A DNA stretch of 64,000 bases. Origin: Candidatus Versatilivorator sp. Its GTDB lineage: Bacteria > Acidobacteriota > Terriglobia > Versatilivoradales > Versatilivoraceae. Each line of letters opens with the position of its first letter. Position 1 is the stretch's first letter. Positions 37,987 to 48,617 of the stretch are shown one piece after another. The translations under genes and the position numbers were made by a program. The notes beneath the pieces are model-generated. The model made no database searches, was not told where the DNA came from, and saw nothing but the letters and a program-made list of their open reading frames with translations. The stretch lies in assembly GCA_965207735.1 (NCBI GenBank), contig OZ242296.1, positions 160,001 through 224,000 on the forward strand, in the 5' to 3' direction.

Positions 37987-40083
37987 TCACTCCGGTACGC
38001 CGTTAGAATAGCGGTTCGCCAGCAAACTCTCAACCAACAACGCCAGACAGGCGGTCAGCACCAGATACCACCAGAGATGCTGCCGGTTTTCGAGGGCGTG
38101 GCGACCGTCGAGCGAGGTTGGCGCCCGCGGCGCGGCGCCCGCTTGGCGGGACTCCCGAGGCAATTGCGCCAGGCGTGGTTCCGGGTTTGGGCTGCGCAAA
38201 TCCGACTCCCGCGGATCCAGATTGGCGGCCAGCAGGTGTTCTGTCTCCTGTACACGGAAGCGATAAAAGCCCGGTTCGGTCAATTTCAGTGAAGACGGGT
38301 CTGCGCCGAGCAGATCGTCCAGGGGAATCTCCCGGCCGGAAGGCGCGACCACCGTCCAGGTGTGGGCATAGGAGCGGTTGGAGCTCGAGAGTTTGGCCAG
38401 GGCCTTGCTCCACTGAGGATTCAGGGAATCGAGCGCGACCCTTTCGCCGACCCGGTAGGCTTGCGGGGAGGGTTGGAAACGGGCGGCGTACTTGACCATC
38501 TCCTGGCAGAAGGGCAAGAAGACAGACTTCAGGGGGAGCTGGTTCCAGCTTCGATCCAGGGATGAGGTGAACAGCAGGATCCGGCCATTGCCGAGCCCTC
38601 TCTCCAGCAGCAGGGGACTCCCGTTCTGCAAGTCGGCCAGGACCTGGCTGCCCGCCAGGGGTTCCACCAGGTGGAAATCGGTGAAGGGGGTTGCCATCAG
38701 ATAGGAGAAGTGGACTTCTTCAAAATGGTTGAAGATCGGATGGCGCTTCCGCAGCCGGCCGATGAGCTGATCCCCGCCTTGGCCGGCGGCCCGGTACCGC
38801 TTCAGCAGCCTGGCCGGCAGGATCTCTTCCAGCTCGCCCAGGCTGTCCGCATGGGTTCGGCGTCCTGAAATCAGCAGCATTCCTCCCCCCGATTCGACAA
38901 ACCGGACCAGGGCTGAAGCCGTCTCCTCGGACAGGGGGCCGCTGTTGTTCAGAATTACTGCGGCATAAGAAGACAGCCTGGCCGGTGGAATCCGCCCCGG
39001 TTCAGCTATCTCCAGGTCGATAGGGGAATCGGGACTGGCCGTCAATGCCCGGCTCAGATAGTAGTGATCCCGGCGGTCGCCTCCCAGCAGCAGGGTCTTC
39101 AGGCGGGAAGGAGGAGAGAGCGAGCTGTAGGCGAAGTTGTCCTCGGGCAGGGCATCCTCGAATTGCAGGTGAAGCCTGGCATGGGACTCGCCCCGGGGGA
39201 CGGCTACCGACTCGAACCGGACCGCTCTCCTGTCGTCGACTCCCAGGCGAACTGTTCGACTCCCGGCGGGTTGTTCGTTGATCTCCAGGGCCAGAACCAG
39301 CTCCAGAGCCTGACGGAGGTTCTGGGATCGAGTTTCGGCGGTGATGGATACCCGTGAAGAGGAACGATCTTCGGGTTGGATCGTCACCTGGCCGATCGAG
39401 ACATTGGTTGCGGGAATCGACGCCACCGGGTAGGTATGAAGGTCAACCCTCTCATCGATGGAAATCCCTTGCGATCCCGGTTTCCAGCCCGACTCCTGAA
39501 AGTCGCTGACCCAGTGGATCTCCAGGGATCGGTCCGGAATGCCCGCCAGGAGCTGGTCGGCCAACCGAAGGGCGGGCCCGTAGTCGGTCCCCGCAAACCC
39601 CGGCTCAAGGGCGTCGATGAGGCTGAGGACCTCCCTGGGATTGGCCTCGGGCCGGTTGAGGATCTGCGTGGAATCGGAAAAGCGGACCACCTGGACCCGG
39701 TCGCCGGGACTCGCACCCTGCAGAATCGATCGGACCCGTGTCTTGGCTTGCTCGAAGCGGTCCCCGAAGCGCATGCTGAAGGAGTCATCCAGCAGAAGGA
39801 CCAGGGATCGGCCGCCCGGGCCGGAAATACCGATGGCGTCGGAGTCGGTGAGCAGCGGACGGGTAAATGCCAGCACCACCAGCAGCAAGGCGGCCAGGCG
39901 CAGCAGCAGCAGCAGGGGGTTCCGCAGCCGCTGCTTCCGAAGGGAGGCCCTCGGAGTGCGGCGGATGAACATCAAGGAGCTGAAGAGAACCTGGCGCGAG
40001 GTCTCCCTGCGCACCAGGTGGACCAGGATCGGGCCTATCAGGGCGAGACCGCCAATCAGGAATAGCGGGTTGAGGAATTGCAT
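37987..40083 (-). CDS. BatA N-terminal double-TM + vWA domain protein
   Basis: MQFLNPLFL..PILVHL, FTRP, MIDAS DDSFSM, SDFQ, GATase-like segment and NLDPRESDL..LWWYL C-terminal TM. Confidence 0.9.
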   Translation of the reverse strand: MQFLNPLFLIGGLALIGPILVHLVRRETSRQVLFSSLMFIRRTPRASLRKQRLRNPLLLLLRLAALLLVVLAFTRPLLTDSDAIGISGPGGRSLVLLLDDSFSMRFGDRFEQAKTRVRSILQGASPGDRVQVVRFSDSTQILNRPEANPREVLSLIDALEPGFAGTDYGPALRLADQLLAGIPDRSLEIHWVSDFQESGWKPGSQGISIDERVDLHTYPVASIPATNVSIGQVTIQPEDRSSSRVSITAETRSQNLRQALELVLALEINEQPAGSRTVRLGVDDRRAVRFESVAVPRGESHARLHLQFEDALPEDNFAYSSLSPPSRLKTLLLGGDRRDHYYLSRALTASPDSPIDLEIAEPGRIPPARLSSYAAVILNNSGPLSEETASALVRFVESGGGMLLISGRRTHADSLGELEEILPARLLKRYRAAGQGGDQLIGRLRKRHPIFNHFEEVHFSYLMATPFTDFHLVEPLAGSQVLADLQNGSPLLLERGLGNGRILLFTSSLDRSWNQLPLKSVFLPFCQEMVKYAARFQPSPQAYRVGERVALDSLNPQWSKALAKLSSSNRSYAHTWTVVAPSGREIPLDDLLGADPSSLKLTEPGFYRFRVQETEHLLAANLDPRESDLRSPNPEPRLAQLPRESRQAGAAPRAPTSLDGRHALENRQHLWWYLVLTACLALLVESLLANRYSNGVPE

Positions 40084-40114
40084 GGGGCGCCACGGGAACG
40101 ACCGGGTCTCGTCC

Positions 40115-41035
40115 CTACATCGATTTCCGCCTGGTGGAAAGGTAGCGGTAGAGAGCCAGGTCCAGGGGTTGGGAGGTATCCAGAACCATGAAGTCCACTC
40201 CCAAGGCGCCGCAAAGGTTCCTGATCTCCTGCTGATGGCTCTCCAGTCGCGCCAGATAGTCGGCTCGAACCAGTGCCGGATCCATGATCAGTCTGCGGCG
40301 GGTTTCCATGTCCACCATTTGAACGGAATCGGAAAAATCGAACCGCTGCTCCTGGGGATCCTGAATCTGGATGACGATGACGTCATTGCCCTGGAAGCGG
40401 AATTGCCGAATGCTCTCCAAGATCTCCCCGGTGGGAGCATACAGGTCGGAGACAAGAACCACGATGCCTCGCCTGCGGATGGTCTCGGCCAGTGCCCGCA
40501 GCGGTTTCCCGAAAGCGGTCGCGGACTCGGCTTTGGCTTTGTCGATCAGGTGCAGCAGGCTCAACAGGTGCTCCCGCCGGCAGCGCGGGGGCAGCTTGTC
40601 CACCAGTCCGGCGGCGAAGGTGGTCAACCCTGCTCTGTCCCGTTGCCGCTGGGCGAAATAGGCCAGGCTGGCCGTGAGATAGCGGGCGTAGTCCATCTTG
40701 GTGACGGAGCCCGAGCGGTAGGCCATGGAACCGGAGATGTCCAACAGCAGATAGACGTTGGTGCTGGTCTCGCCCTCGTACTGCTTGACGTAGTGGCGGT
40801 CGGATCGGGCATACACTTTCCAGTCGATCTGGCGAATGTCATCTCCTTCGATATATTGGCGGTACTGGGCGAAATCCACACTGAAGCCCAGGAAGGGCGA
40901 TCGATGCAGGCCGGAGATAAATCCTTCCACGACCGTTCGCGCCACCAGCTCCAGGTCGCCGATTCTGGACAGGACGGCGGGGTCCAGGAAACGCAACGGA
41001 GAGTGTTGAGAGGCCGTTCCCGCCTGGGGACTCAT
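40115..41035 (-). CDS. DUF58 (vWA-like) protein
   Basis: GLHRSP..GFSVDFAQYRQY..GDDIRQIDWK, LLDISGSM and VSDLY. Confidence 0.92.
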   Translation of the reverse strand: MSPQAGTASQHSPLRFLDPAVLSRIGDLELVARTVVEGFISGLHRSPFLGFSVDFAQYRQYIEGDDIRQIDWKVYARSDRHYVKQYEGETSTNVYLLLDISGSMAYRSGSVTKMDYARYLTASLAYFAQRQRDRAGLTTFAAGLVDKLPPRCRREHLLSLLHLIDKAKAESATAFGKPLRALAETIRRRGIVVLVSDLYAPTGEILESIRQFRFQGNDVIVIQIQDPQEQRFDFSDSVQMVDMETRRRLIMDPALVRADYLARLESHQQEIRNLCGALGVDFMVLDTSQPLDLALYRYLSTRRKSM

Positions 41036-41063
41036 GGGACTGGCTCCCTGTCAGGTGACCGGG

Positions 41064-42128
41064 CTACAAGCCCGAGGACGGCGCCGGTACGGCTTCGATC
41101 AGCTTGCCAATGATCAGGTCGGAGTTCACCTGTTCCGATTCGGCGTGAAAGTTGGTGAGGATGCGGTGGCGGAGGATCGGCGGCGCCAACTCGCGGATGT
41201 CATCCACCGACACGTTATAGCGGCCCTGCAGGACCGCCTTGGCTTTGCCGCCCAGGATCAGGAACTGCGAGGCCCGCAAGCTGGCGCCGTAGTTGACCCA
41301 GGACTTGATGAAGTCGGGAGCGCTGGGGTCGCTGGGACGGGAGGCACGGACCAGTCGAACAGCGTAGCGGGCAACCGAATCGGCAACGGGGATGCGGCGG
41401 ACCACGCGCTGGAACTCCACGATGTCCGCCCCCCCGATCAGGGGTTGGTAGCGAATGTCGCGCAGGGAAGTGGTGTCCTTCACCACCTGGATCTCATCCG
41501 ACTCCGAAAGATAGTCGATCAGAATGTTGAACATGAAGCGGTCGACTTGGGCCTCGGGCAGAGGATAGGTGCCTTCCAGCTCGATGGGGTTCTGGGTGGC
41601 CAGCACGTAGAAGGGAGGCTGGAGGTCGTAGGTGACGCCCTGAACGGTCACGCTGTACTCCTGCATGGCTTCCAGCAGGGCCGACTGAGTCTTGGGTGGG
41701 GTTCGATTGATCTCGTCGGCCAGAATGATGTTGGCGAAGATCGGACCCTTGACGAACACCATCGTCCGCCGCCCGGTGGCCTGGTCTTCCTCGATGATGT
41801 CGGTGCCGGTGATATCGGCCGGCATCAGGTCGGGTGTGAACTGGATCCGATTGAACTTCAGGTCCAGGACCTTGGCGATGGTCTTGATCAGCAGGGTCTT
41901 GGCCAGGCCCGGCACGCCGGTGATGATTGAATGCCCCCCCACGAATAGAGAAACCAGAGCCTGATCCACCACGCGGTCCTGTCCGACGATCTCCCTGCGA
42001 ATTTCGCGCAGGATCTCCCCGTGGGCCCGCCGCATCTTTTCCAGCAGCTCCACCTCGGAAGCGGCCGGTGCGCCGTCCCCCGGAGCGACGAGGGCCGTTT
42101 CCTGCGTCGATTGAGGGTTGATGGACAT
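41064..42128 (-). CDS. moxR: MoxR family AAA+ ATPase
   Basis: Walker A GVPGLAKT, RIQFTPDLMPADITG, LADEINRTPPKTQSALLEAMQE and ATQNPIELEGTYPLPEAQVDRF. Confidence 0.95.
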   Translation of the reverse strand: MSINPQSTQETALVAPGDGAPAASEVELLEKMRRAHGEILREIRREIVGQDRVVDQALVSLFVGGHSIITGVPGLAKTLLIKTIAKVLDLKFNRIQFTPDLMPADITGTDIIEEDQATGRRTMVFVKGPIFANIILADEINRTPPKTQSALLEAMQEYSVTVQGVTYDLQPPFYVLATQNPIELEGTYPLPEAQVDRFMFNILIDYLSESDEIQVVKDTTSLRDIRYQPLIGGADIVEFQRVVRRIPVADSVARYAVRLVRASRPSDPSAPDFIKSWVNYGASLRASQFLILGGKAKAVLQGRYNVSVDDIRELAPPILRHRILTNFHAESEQVNSDLIIGKLIEAVPAPSSGL

Positions 42129-42232
42129 GGGGCTGCACTTTTCGCCCAAGGGCTGCCGCCCTTGAGAGGTTGATACCGGCCCGGGGGGCTCCGGACCCCG
42201 CCCGAGGTCAAAGACCCGCGGGATTCAGGCGC

Positions 42233-44965
42233 CTATTCCACCAGGGTCAGCAGCAGTTCCTGAGCCGGCTCGAATCCGGGGGCAATTTCCAGGGAGGAGA
42301 GGACCTCGGTTTTGGCCTCGACCCGCCGGCCAAAGCGAAGCAGGGCCCGGGCGAGTTGGTAGTGAGCAGCCGCTCGGTCAGGGGGCTGAAGCGCCAGAAA
42401 GGCTCGATACTCTCGCACCGCCGTGGCTGCTTCTCCTTCCCGCATGAATAGATCGCCCAACTGTTGATGGGTGTCCCGATCAAAGGGGTAGACATGGATC
42501 GCCCGTTCCAGGACCGCTGCGGCTTCCTGCGACCTCCCCGCCTCCTGCAGCCAGGCGGCCAGGGTGGTCAGCGACTCCAGGTCGGCGCCATGGATGCCGG
42601 TGAGCTGCCGTAGCTCATCGATGGCTGCCGCGGTCAGGCCCTGCTGCCGGTAAATCCGGCTGAGTTGGCGGTAAGGGCTATCCGGACCCGCATAGGCGGG
42701 GAGCACTGCCTTGGCCCGACTCAGCAGGCGAATGGCTGCGTCCTCTTCTCCTCGCTGTCGATGATATCCCGCCATCTTCAGGTTGGCAAAAAAATTGTTG
42801 GGCTGCTCGGCCAGCAGCGCGTCCAACCGCTCGGGGGAATTCATCAGCTCCCTCTGCCCCAGCACCTGGAAGTCGACGTGCTCCAGTGCGCCCCCCAGGC
42901 TCGAATCCAGGTAGGCCTTGAACTGTCGATCGAAATCCTCGGGAGACAGATCCAGCACCTGCCGGAGAGCATCCTCCAGGGAGGCCTTCCGCTTGAAGCT
43001 TTCCAGCAGGGCCAGGATCCTGGGAAAGCCGAACCGGGACTCGATGAACTGGCAGGCCTTGCCGGCCTGAAAGTAGGAGAGGGAGACCTGCCCGGGGAAC
43101 TGGGGTCGGAGAAAGCCGCCATTCAACTCGCGGATGGGCAGCAGCTTCCCCTGCTGAATGAACTTCAGCGTCTGCAGGTCCAGGCGGTCACCCCAACCGG
43201 GCATGGCCCGGTATTCCTCCATGACGGAGATCCCCTCGCTGAACCAGCGGGGAACTCGATGGTCGGTCATACCCAGAGTGATCACATGGGCGAATTCGTG
43301 CCACAAGGTGCTGCCCCAGTTGAACTGCCCCCGCGGGCGCGCCCGCGGGGAGTCCATGACGATGCCGCGGCCGAAGCAGACGCCCAGGGCGCCCAGGCCG
43401 GGGACTCCCAGCGCACGGACGCCAAAATCCTCGTGGTTGGGGTACATCTCGAAGTAGATCGGTCCAGGGGGGATGAATCCATACCTGGCGGAGAGGGCCG
43501 CGTGAGCCTTCTCCAGCAACGGGGGAACGTAATGGCTCAGCAGGCCCATTTCCTCCCGGTGCAGCTTCACAGTGAAGTGGGTCGTGGCCACCGTCTCGAA
43601 GTTCACGAAGCTGTCCATGAGGCGCAGAGTGTTGACGGTCCAGAGGTTGAAGGGGTCGACCCCATAAGCCTTTTCCAGGACCTCCTTGGCCTCGGCCTCG
43701 CGTCCGATCCTCAGCAGATTGACTCCCAGGTCGGCGTAGGCGCTGAAGAGATTGGGATTCAGCCGGATGGCCTGGCGGAAGAAGTCCACCGCCTGCCGGT
43801 AGAGCCGCTGGGTCACGCAATATCGAGCCAGGTACCGGTAGAGGTCCCCGTATCGCGGATTGAGTTCCAGAAGGGCTTGCAGGGCATGGTCCAGAGCTTG
43901 CTCCTCACCCCGAGCGTAGTGCAGAACGGCCTGGAGGGAGCGGGCCTTCAGGGACAGGGGATTGATCTCCAGGCACTGGCGGATTCTTTCCACGGCCGCC
44001 GGAAAATCCTCCCGCTCGATGGCTATCTCGGCCAGGGCCGCGTGAGCCGCCTCCAGGTTGGGATTGACCTTCAAGGCTTTGCCCAGCATGGCTTCCGCCT
44101 GCTCGGAGGATCCGGAGGTGAGGGTCAGCGCCATGCCCAGCATGGCTTCCGGAAGATTGGCATTGATCTTGAGCGCGGCGCTGAAGCTGGCCGAGGCATT
44201 GGCCGGATCGTATTTCTCCAGGAAGAGGTTCCCCCAGGCAATCTGGGTCTCCAGGTCATTTGGGTCGGCCTGGGTGGCCCGCCGAAAGTAGCGGTTGGAC
44301 TCCCGGTACTGATGCAAGTGCTGCAGGGCGATTGCCGCCAGTCCCAGATCTCCCCCATCTTGAGCCTCGATGCGGGAGTACAGCTCGAGGAAGAGGCGGC
44401 GGCTTTGCGGAAGTTGGCCCTGATCCTCAAGAATGCGGGCCAGTCTCAAATCGGCCCGGTTGCGGCAGCTCTCCTTGCGCCTGGCCTTCTGCAAGGCTTG
44501 GAGGGCCGGCTGAAGTTTCCCGCGCCGCGAGTAAGCTCGCCCCAGCAGTAACTGCAACTCGCAGGAATTGGAGTGATCCTGCAGAAACCGGAGAGCTTTT
44601 TCTTCCACCGACCGGTAGCCACCGGTGGCCAGCAGTGTCTTCAAAAGGCCCAGGCGAGCCTGCAGGGAAGGAGGTGTGGCCGATTCCGCCAGCTCGCGGT
44701 AGAGGAGCAGTGCTCTCTGGTAGTCGCCTTTCAGCAGAGATCGGTCGGCTTCTTCCGGATTCGGAGTGGAGCCCGGCAGCGGCGCCGGCAGCCAAAGGAG
44801 GGTGGCAAGGGCGAGGGCGTGGAGCAGAGTGCCTCCGGGCGTCTTGGCCGATGGCCAAGTGCGGGATGAGGAGGGTGTTGCTTTCAATGTCTGAGAGTTT
44901 TTCAAATTATCGCAATCCGGGATGGGATTGAGGCGGCAAGGGTGATGGGCTGCAGGCTCCGGCAT
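42233..44965 (-). CDS. TPR protein with embedded gluzincin-type (peptidase MA-like) domain; true start probably downstream of 44965
   Basis: Many TPRs flank TLWHEFAHV...VPRWFSEGIS (HEXXH plus downstream E). Signal-like LLHALALATLLWLP. Confidence 0.85.
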   Translation of the reverse strand: MPEPAAHHPCRLNPIPDCDNLKNSQTLKATPSSSRTWPSAKTPGGTLLHALALATLLWLPAPLPGSTPNPEEADRSLLKGDYQRALLLYRELAESATPPSLQARLGLLKTLLATGGYRSVEEKALRFLQDHSNSCELQLLLGRAYSRRGKLQPALQALQKARRKESCRNRADLRLARILEDQGQLPQSRRLFLELYSRIEAQDGGDLGLAAIALQHLHQYRESNRYFRRATQADPNDLETQIAWGNLFLEKYDPANASASFSAALKINANLPEAMLGMALTLTSGSSEQAEAMLGKALKVNPNLEAAHAALAEIAIEREDFPAAVERIRQCLEINPLSLKARSLQAVLHYARGEEQALDHALQALLELNPRYGDLYRYLARYCVTQRLYRQAVDFFRQAIRLNPNLFSAYADLGVNLLRIGREAEAKEVLEKAYGVDPFNLWTVNTLRLMDSFVNFETVATTHFTVKLHREEMGLLSHYVPPLLEKAHAALSARYGFIPPGPIYFEMYPNHEDFGVRALGVPGLGALGVCFGRGIVMDSPRARPRGQFNWGSTLWHEFAHVITLGMTDHRVPRWFSEGISVMEEYRAMPGWGDRLDLQTLKFIQQGKLLPIRELNGGFLRPQFPGQVSLSYFQAGKACQFIESRFGFPRILALLESFKRKASLEDALRQVLDLSPEDFDRQFKAYLDSSLGGALEHVDFQVLGQRELMNSPERLDALLAEQPNNFFANLKMAGYHRQRGEEDAAIRLLSRAKAVLPAYAGPDSPYRQLSRIYRQQGLTAAAIDELRQLTGIHGADLESLTTLAAWLQEAGRSQEAAAVLERAIHVYPFDRDTHQQLGDLFMREGEAATAVREYRAFLALQPPDRAAAHYQLARALLRFGRRVEAKTEVLSSLEIAPGFEPAQELLLTLVE

Positions 44966-44967
44966 TC

Positions 44968-45088
44968 ACCATAAAAAGCACAAGAGACAACAGAAACCAC
45001 AAAAAGCACAAAAGGCACAAAACGAATTTCTTGATTTCGAGTCTTGCCGATCGGATGGTTCTTTTTGTGTTTTGTGCCTTTTGTGGCC
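44968..45088. repeat. Family C inverted-repeat element with 9-bp periodicity
   Basis: ACCACAAAAAGCACAAAAGGCACAAAA (~44996-45022) pairs with TTTTTGTGTTTTGTGCCTTTTGTGG (45062-45086). The left arm and interior also occur at 8466-8515. Confidence 0.8.
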
Positions 45089-45274
45089 ATTGAGTTTCAG
45101 ACGGCAAACGGGTTCAGTGTCACCTGATCCTTGACGGACTCGGGAGGAAAAACCCTCGATCTGAATAAGGACCGCGCGACTCCGAATTTTGCGATAGGCT
45201 CGGCTCGAAGTCTTTTTGCCCTTCCGCGGCAAGGGCCGGCGCCGGCCTGCGGGTCGAAGGGAGTAAGAGCCCGG

Positions 45275-46282
45275 TCAGCGATCGGTCTGCTCCCGGATGG
45301 CCCGAGTGGTGCGGGCCAGTTCGACCAGCAGGGCCTCCAGTTGTTCCCGGTACCGATCGGACGGGAGCGCGGCCTTGCGAGTCCTGAGTTCCCGCAAGGA
45401 GGACTCCAGGTCGAGTTTCTTTTTCCGAAGGGCTTCCAACTCGGCCAGGATTGGGCCGGATTCGTCTGGAGAAACGGCCGCGATCGGCTTGGCCAGAGTA
45501 ATCTGGCGGGCCAAAGATCCGTCACCGCTCCCGGCATCCGGCAGGTCGGTTCCGACACCGTCTCCGTTGTCGTCCAGGCGGGCGTGTTCGGTTGCCAGCC
45601 GGTTTTTCTCCCCGTACCACTCTTTCACCTTGCGATGGGTGAAGGAATAGGCTTCCAACAGAGAGACCTGCCGGCTCTTGTCGGTATCAGCCTCCGGGTC
45701 GTGGAGAGATTCGACGAAAAACCGGGCGAAGACGGTTTCGTTCCCCTCGTGCCCGTTCTTGGTGGCCGTGAGGATGACGCGGTTCCCGCGGCTCAGCCTG
45801 GGGATGAGGGCGCCGCTGGCCGGAGTAGTGCACACCAATACGATCCGCTGAGCCGGAAATCGATCCAGGATGGCGCTCAGTTCGGCACCCGTCAGGTCGG
45901 GCCCTCTCAGGTTGTAGCGATAGTCGCTGCCATCGAAGTTTCCGTGTCCCAGCAGGAGCAGGAACAGCAAGTCGTCGGGCCGAACCCTGGATTCCAGCTC
46001 GCCCACCACTTGCATCAACTCCGACTTGACCGCGCGAGCCGTGACCAGAGATGGGTCCCGCTCAGGGTCCTCGGCCAGATAAAAGAGGTTCTCCCGGGGC
46101 AATTGCAGGGGCCCCTTCAGAGCCTCAACCATTGTCGACGACCACTCCCAGAAGCGGTCGGCGTATTCGCCGCCACCCGAAGCGCCGCTGATCACGACCC
46201 CGTAGCGGGAGTACGGCTGTTCCGCCAGGGTCCACCCCTGGCAGGCGATGGCGAGAGCCAACAGCAGGATCGACAGCCTCAT
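45275..46282 (-). CDS. Exported clan CD (caspase/legumain-like fold) protein with C-terminal helical hairpin
   Basis: Signal peptide, VVISGASGG, LLLGHG, YNLRGPDL, TPASG, ILTATK and ADTDK..VSLLEAY. TAATG overlap with the upstream gene. Confidence 0.7.
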   Translation of the reverse strand: MRLSILLLALAIACQGWTLAEQPYSRYGVVISGASGGGEYADRFWEWSSTMVEALKGPLQLPRENLFYLAEDPERDPSLVTARAVKSELMQVVGELESRVRPDDLLFLLLLGHGNFDGSDYRYNLRGPDLTGAELSAILDRFPAQRIVLVCTTPASGALIPRLSRGNRVILTATKNGHEGNETVFARFFVESLHDPEADTDKSRQVSLLEAYSFTHRKVKEWYGEKNRLATEHARLDDNGDGVGTDLPDAGSGDGSLARQITLAKPIAAVSPDESGPILAELEALRKKKLDLESSLRELRTRKAALPSDRYREQLEALLVELARTTRAIREQTDR

Positions 46283-48552
46283 TAAATCCACCCCCATCGT
46301 TTGCGGAGGAACCACTCGGAGCAGAGGAGTCCCCCCAACAGCATGAAAAGAAAGGGCATGTCCCACAGAGGCAGCACCTGAAGCACCGCGTTGGGGCTGT
46401 CCGCGTAGCGGATTTCCTCCGGGAGATTCGCGGCATTCTCCAGGGTGTAGTGGCGCCCGCCGGTCTCCCGCGCGATCCGATGGAGGAAGCGGGGGTTGGC
46501 CTCGGCGTCGAAGAACTCGCGATGAGTCGGGGTGACCAGAAAATAGGCTTGGGCCGATTGCGGCTCCACCCCATCTCGGGAAGCCTTGACACCGACTCGG
46601 TGGATGCCTCTTTCCCCGGGTTGAAAGCGGCCGGCGTACTGACCGCCGCTTCGGTCGAGAACCAGGGAGGAAGTCGCGGCTCCGGGAGAGGCTATGGTGG
46701 CTTCTACCTCCCGATCGCCGGCCGGGTCGAAGAAAGCATCCCTGACTGCGACCTCGATCCCCACTGCATCTTCGTCCTGATAGATCTCCCGATCGAATGT
46801 CACCTGGACAGGATCGGAGGACGAGGCTACCAGCCATCGCAGCAGTTGACGCCAGAAAGTGACGTGGGTCCGGTCGGTGTGAGGAAGGCCCATCTGCCAG
46901 TACCAGGAAGTGGCCGACATGAAGGCGATGGCTCTGCCGCTACCGAAGCGATGGGCGGCCAGCAGGATGGCGCGGCGGCCTCCGCGGCCGCCGCGGGCCA
47001 GTACGGCCGCGCCCGACTTGGCGCGCGAGATCCGGTTGTAGGCTGAGATTGGCGGCAGGCTGCGCCACCGCCGCAGGTTGGCTGCGGGATCGGAAACCAG
47101 TTGAAGGGCCGGGTGTTGTCTGCCATAGGCCGTCAGGTCGAAGCTCAACCGATCGATAACGTAGGAGTTGTCCGGATCCCGATCTCCGAGATGCACCGGC
47201 AACATGTCGGCGATGTCCGTTCCCGCGTATCCGCCGGCGTCGAAGGAGCTACTCCCCCCCAACATCATGAATCCACCGCCGCGCTCTCCCACGAAGTCCA
47301 CGATCATCTTCCTTTGGGACGGGGTGAAGAATCCGGCTTCGATGCTACCCAGGATCAGTCCCTTGTAGCGGTAGAGCTGGTCCGGGGTCTGGGGAAAGCC
47401 TGAGGACAGTTTGTCCTCGCCTTCCAGGCCCTGATGGTAGAACTTGTTGTCGGAGGTCCGGAGGAGCGTCACCAGTTGGAGGTTGCGGTCTTCCTGGAGC
47501 GCTCGCCGGATGAACTTGAATTCCCAGCGCGGTGTTCCTTCCAGATAGAGGATCCTGGGCCGGGAGTCATCCACGTGAAGCAGCAGGTGCCGGCGGTTGT
47601 TGCGCTGGATGGCTTCCCCGGGCTGAGGCGCCACCGAGACCGTGTAGTGCTTGAGCCCTGATCCCTGAGGCTTCAGGCTCAACTCGACGATTTGGCTGGT
47701 ATCGGACCCGTTCAGGGTAACGGGTTGGGAGGCGATGAGCGTCCCGGACTCCCGGACCTCTACCGAGACTCTCCGGCCGGGAAACCCGACGCTGGTCAAG
47801 GATACCGTCCCTCGGGTGGAGGATCCCGGCAGGATGCGAGGGGTAAAGGTGACCTGAGATACCTGGATATCCTTGCCCAGGCTCTCCCGGCCCACCGCCA
47901 CCGTATGGACGGGAATCCGTTCCCGCCGGTAGGTGCCCAGAACCTGCGTCAGTTGCCCGGAAAGATTGTCGGCGCCGTCACTGAGAATGACCACGCCGGC
48001 CAGGGGCTGGCCCTCTCCCCGGTGCTTCCTCAGCGCGGAAAGAGCGGCCTCGAGGCTGGTGCCGGTCCCGGTGGGAGGAAGTTTGGAACCGTGTGGGGTC
48101 TCCCGAAGCTCCCGGTCGAAATGGAATACCTGGATCTGGAAGCGTTCTTCCAGATCGGCCAGGACGTTTCCCACCCGGGGATCCAGCCACCCGAGCGCCG
48201 CCTGCCAGCGGGTCTGCCGCGATCCGTGTGGGAGTGTCATGCTTTGGGAGCTGTCGATGAGCAGGGCAATTCTGCTCTTCCTGGGCAGGTGGGTGGAGAC
48301 CCGTAGGGAGGGACGAAACAGCAGCGCCGCCAGCAGAATCAGAGACAGCACCCGCAGGCCGATCAGCAGACCCCTCCTGCGTCGGGTCTGGCTGCCTGAC
48401 GCCCAGAGGCGGTAAACCCAGCAGGCCAGGCCGGTGGCCAGTACCGGCGCCAGCAGAAGCCACCAGGGAGAAACCGTGCTGTCGAAGGTGAGTTCGCCCT
48501 CGCGGAAGAGGAAATACCGGTACTTGAAGAGAGACTCGAACAGGCTGTCCAT
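46282..48552 (-). CDS. vWA + Ig-like + GATase1-like membrane protein
   Basis: N-terminal TMs, IDSSQSM, LSDGADN, YLEGTPRWEFKF, GGGFMMLGG, FWRQLLRW, IARETGGRHY and terminal EWFLRKRWG. Confidence 0.88.
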   Translation of the reverse strand: MDSLFESLFKYRYFLFREGELTFDSTVSPWWLLLAPVLATGLACWVYRLWASGSQTRRRRGLLIGLRVLSLILLAALLFRPSLRVSTHLPRKSRIALLIDSSQSMTLPHGSRQTRWQAALGWLDPRVGNVLADLEERFQIQVFHFDRELRETPHGSKLPPTGTGTSLEAALSALRKHRGEGQPLAGVVILSDGADNLSGQLTQVLGTYRRERIPVHTVAVGRESLGKDIQVSQVTFTPRILPGSSTRGTVSLTSVGFPGRRVSVEVRESGTLIASQPVTLNGSDTSQIVELSLKPQGSGLKHYTVSVAPQPGEAIQRNNRRHLLLHVDDSRPRILYLEGTPRWEFKFIRRALQEDRNLQLVTLLRTSDNKFYHQGLEGEDKLSSGFPQTPDQLYRYKGLILGSIEAGFFTPSQRKMIVDFVGERGGGFMMLGGSSSFDAGGYAGTDIADMLPVHLGDRDPDNSYVIDRLSFDLTAYGRQHPALQLVSDPAANLRRWRSLPPISAYNRISRAKSGAAVLARGGRGGRRAILLAAHRFGSGRAIAFMSATSWYWQMGLPHTDRTHVTFWRQLLRWLVASSSDPVQVTFDREIYQDEDAVGIEVAVRDAFFDPAGDREVEATIASPGAATSSLVLDRSGGQYAGRFQPGERGIHRVGVKASRDGVEPQSAQAYFLVTPTHREFFDAEANPRFLHRIARETGGRHYTLENAANLPEEIRYADSPNAVLQVLPLWDMPFLFMLLGGLLCSEWFLRKRWGWI

Positions 48553-48617
48553 CGAGGTGGCGCCAGTGACTTCGGGGCGGCATTGGGCTGCCCCGATCGC
48601 CTGGTGGAAGACCCGGG

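Noticed and set aside
46283-46837. N-terminal extension of ORF 45275-46837
   Set aside because: It overlaps the GATase gene. ATG 46282 gives a clean signal peptide and a TAATG overlap.
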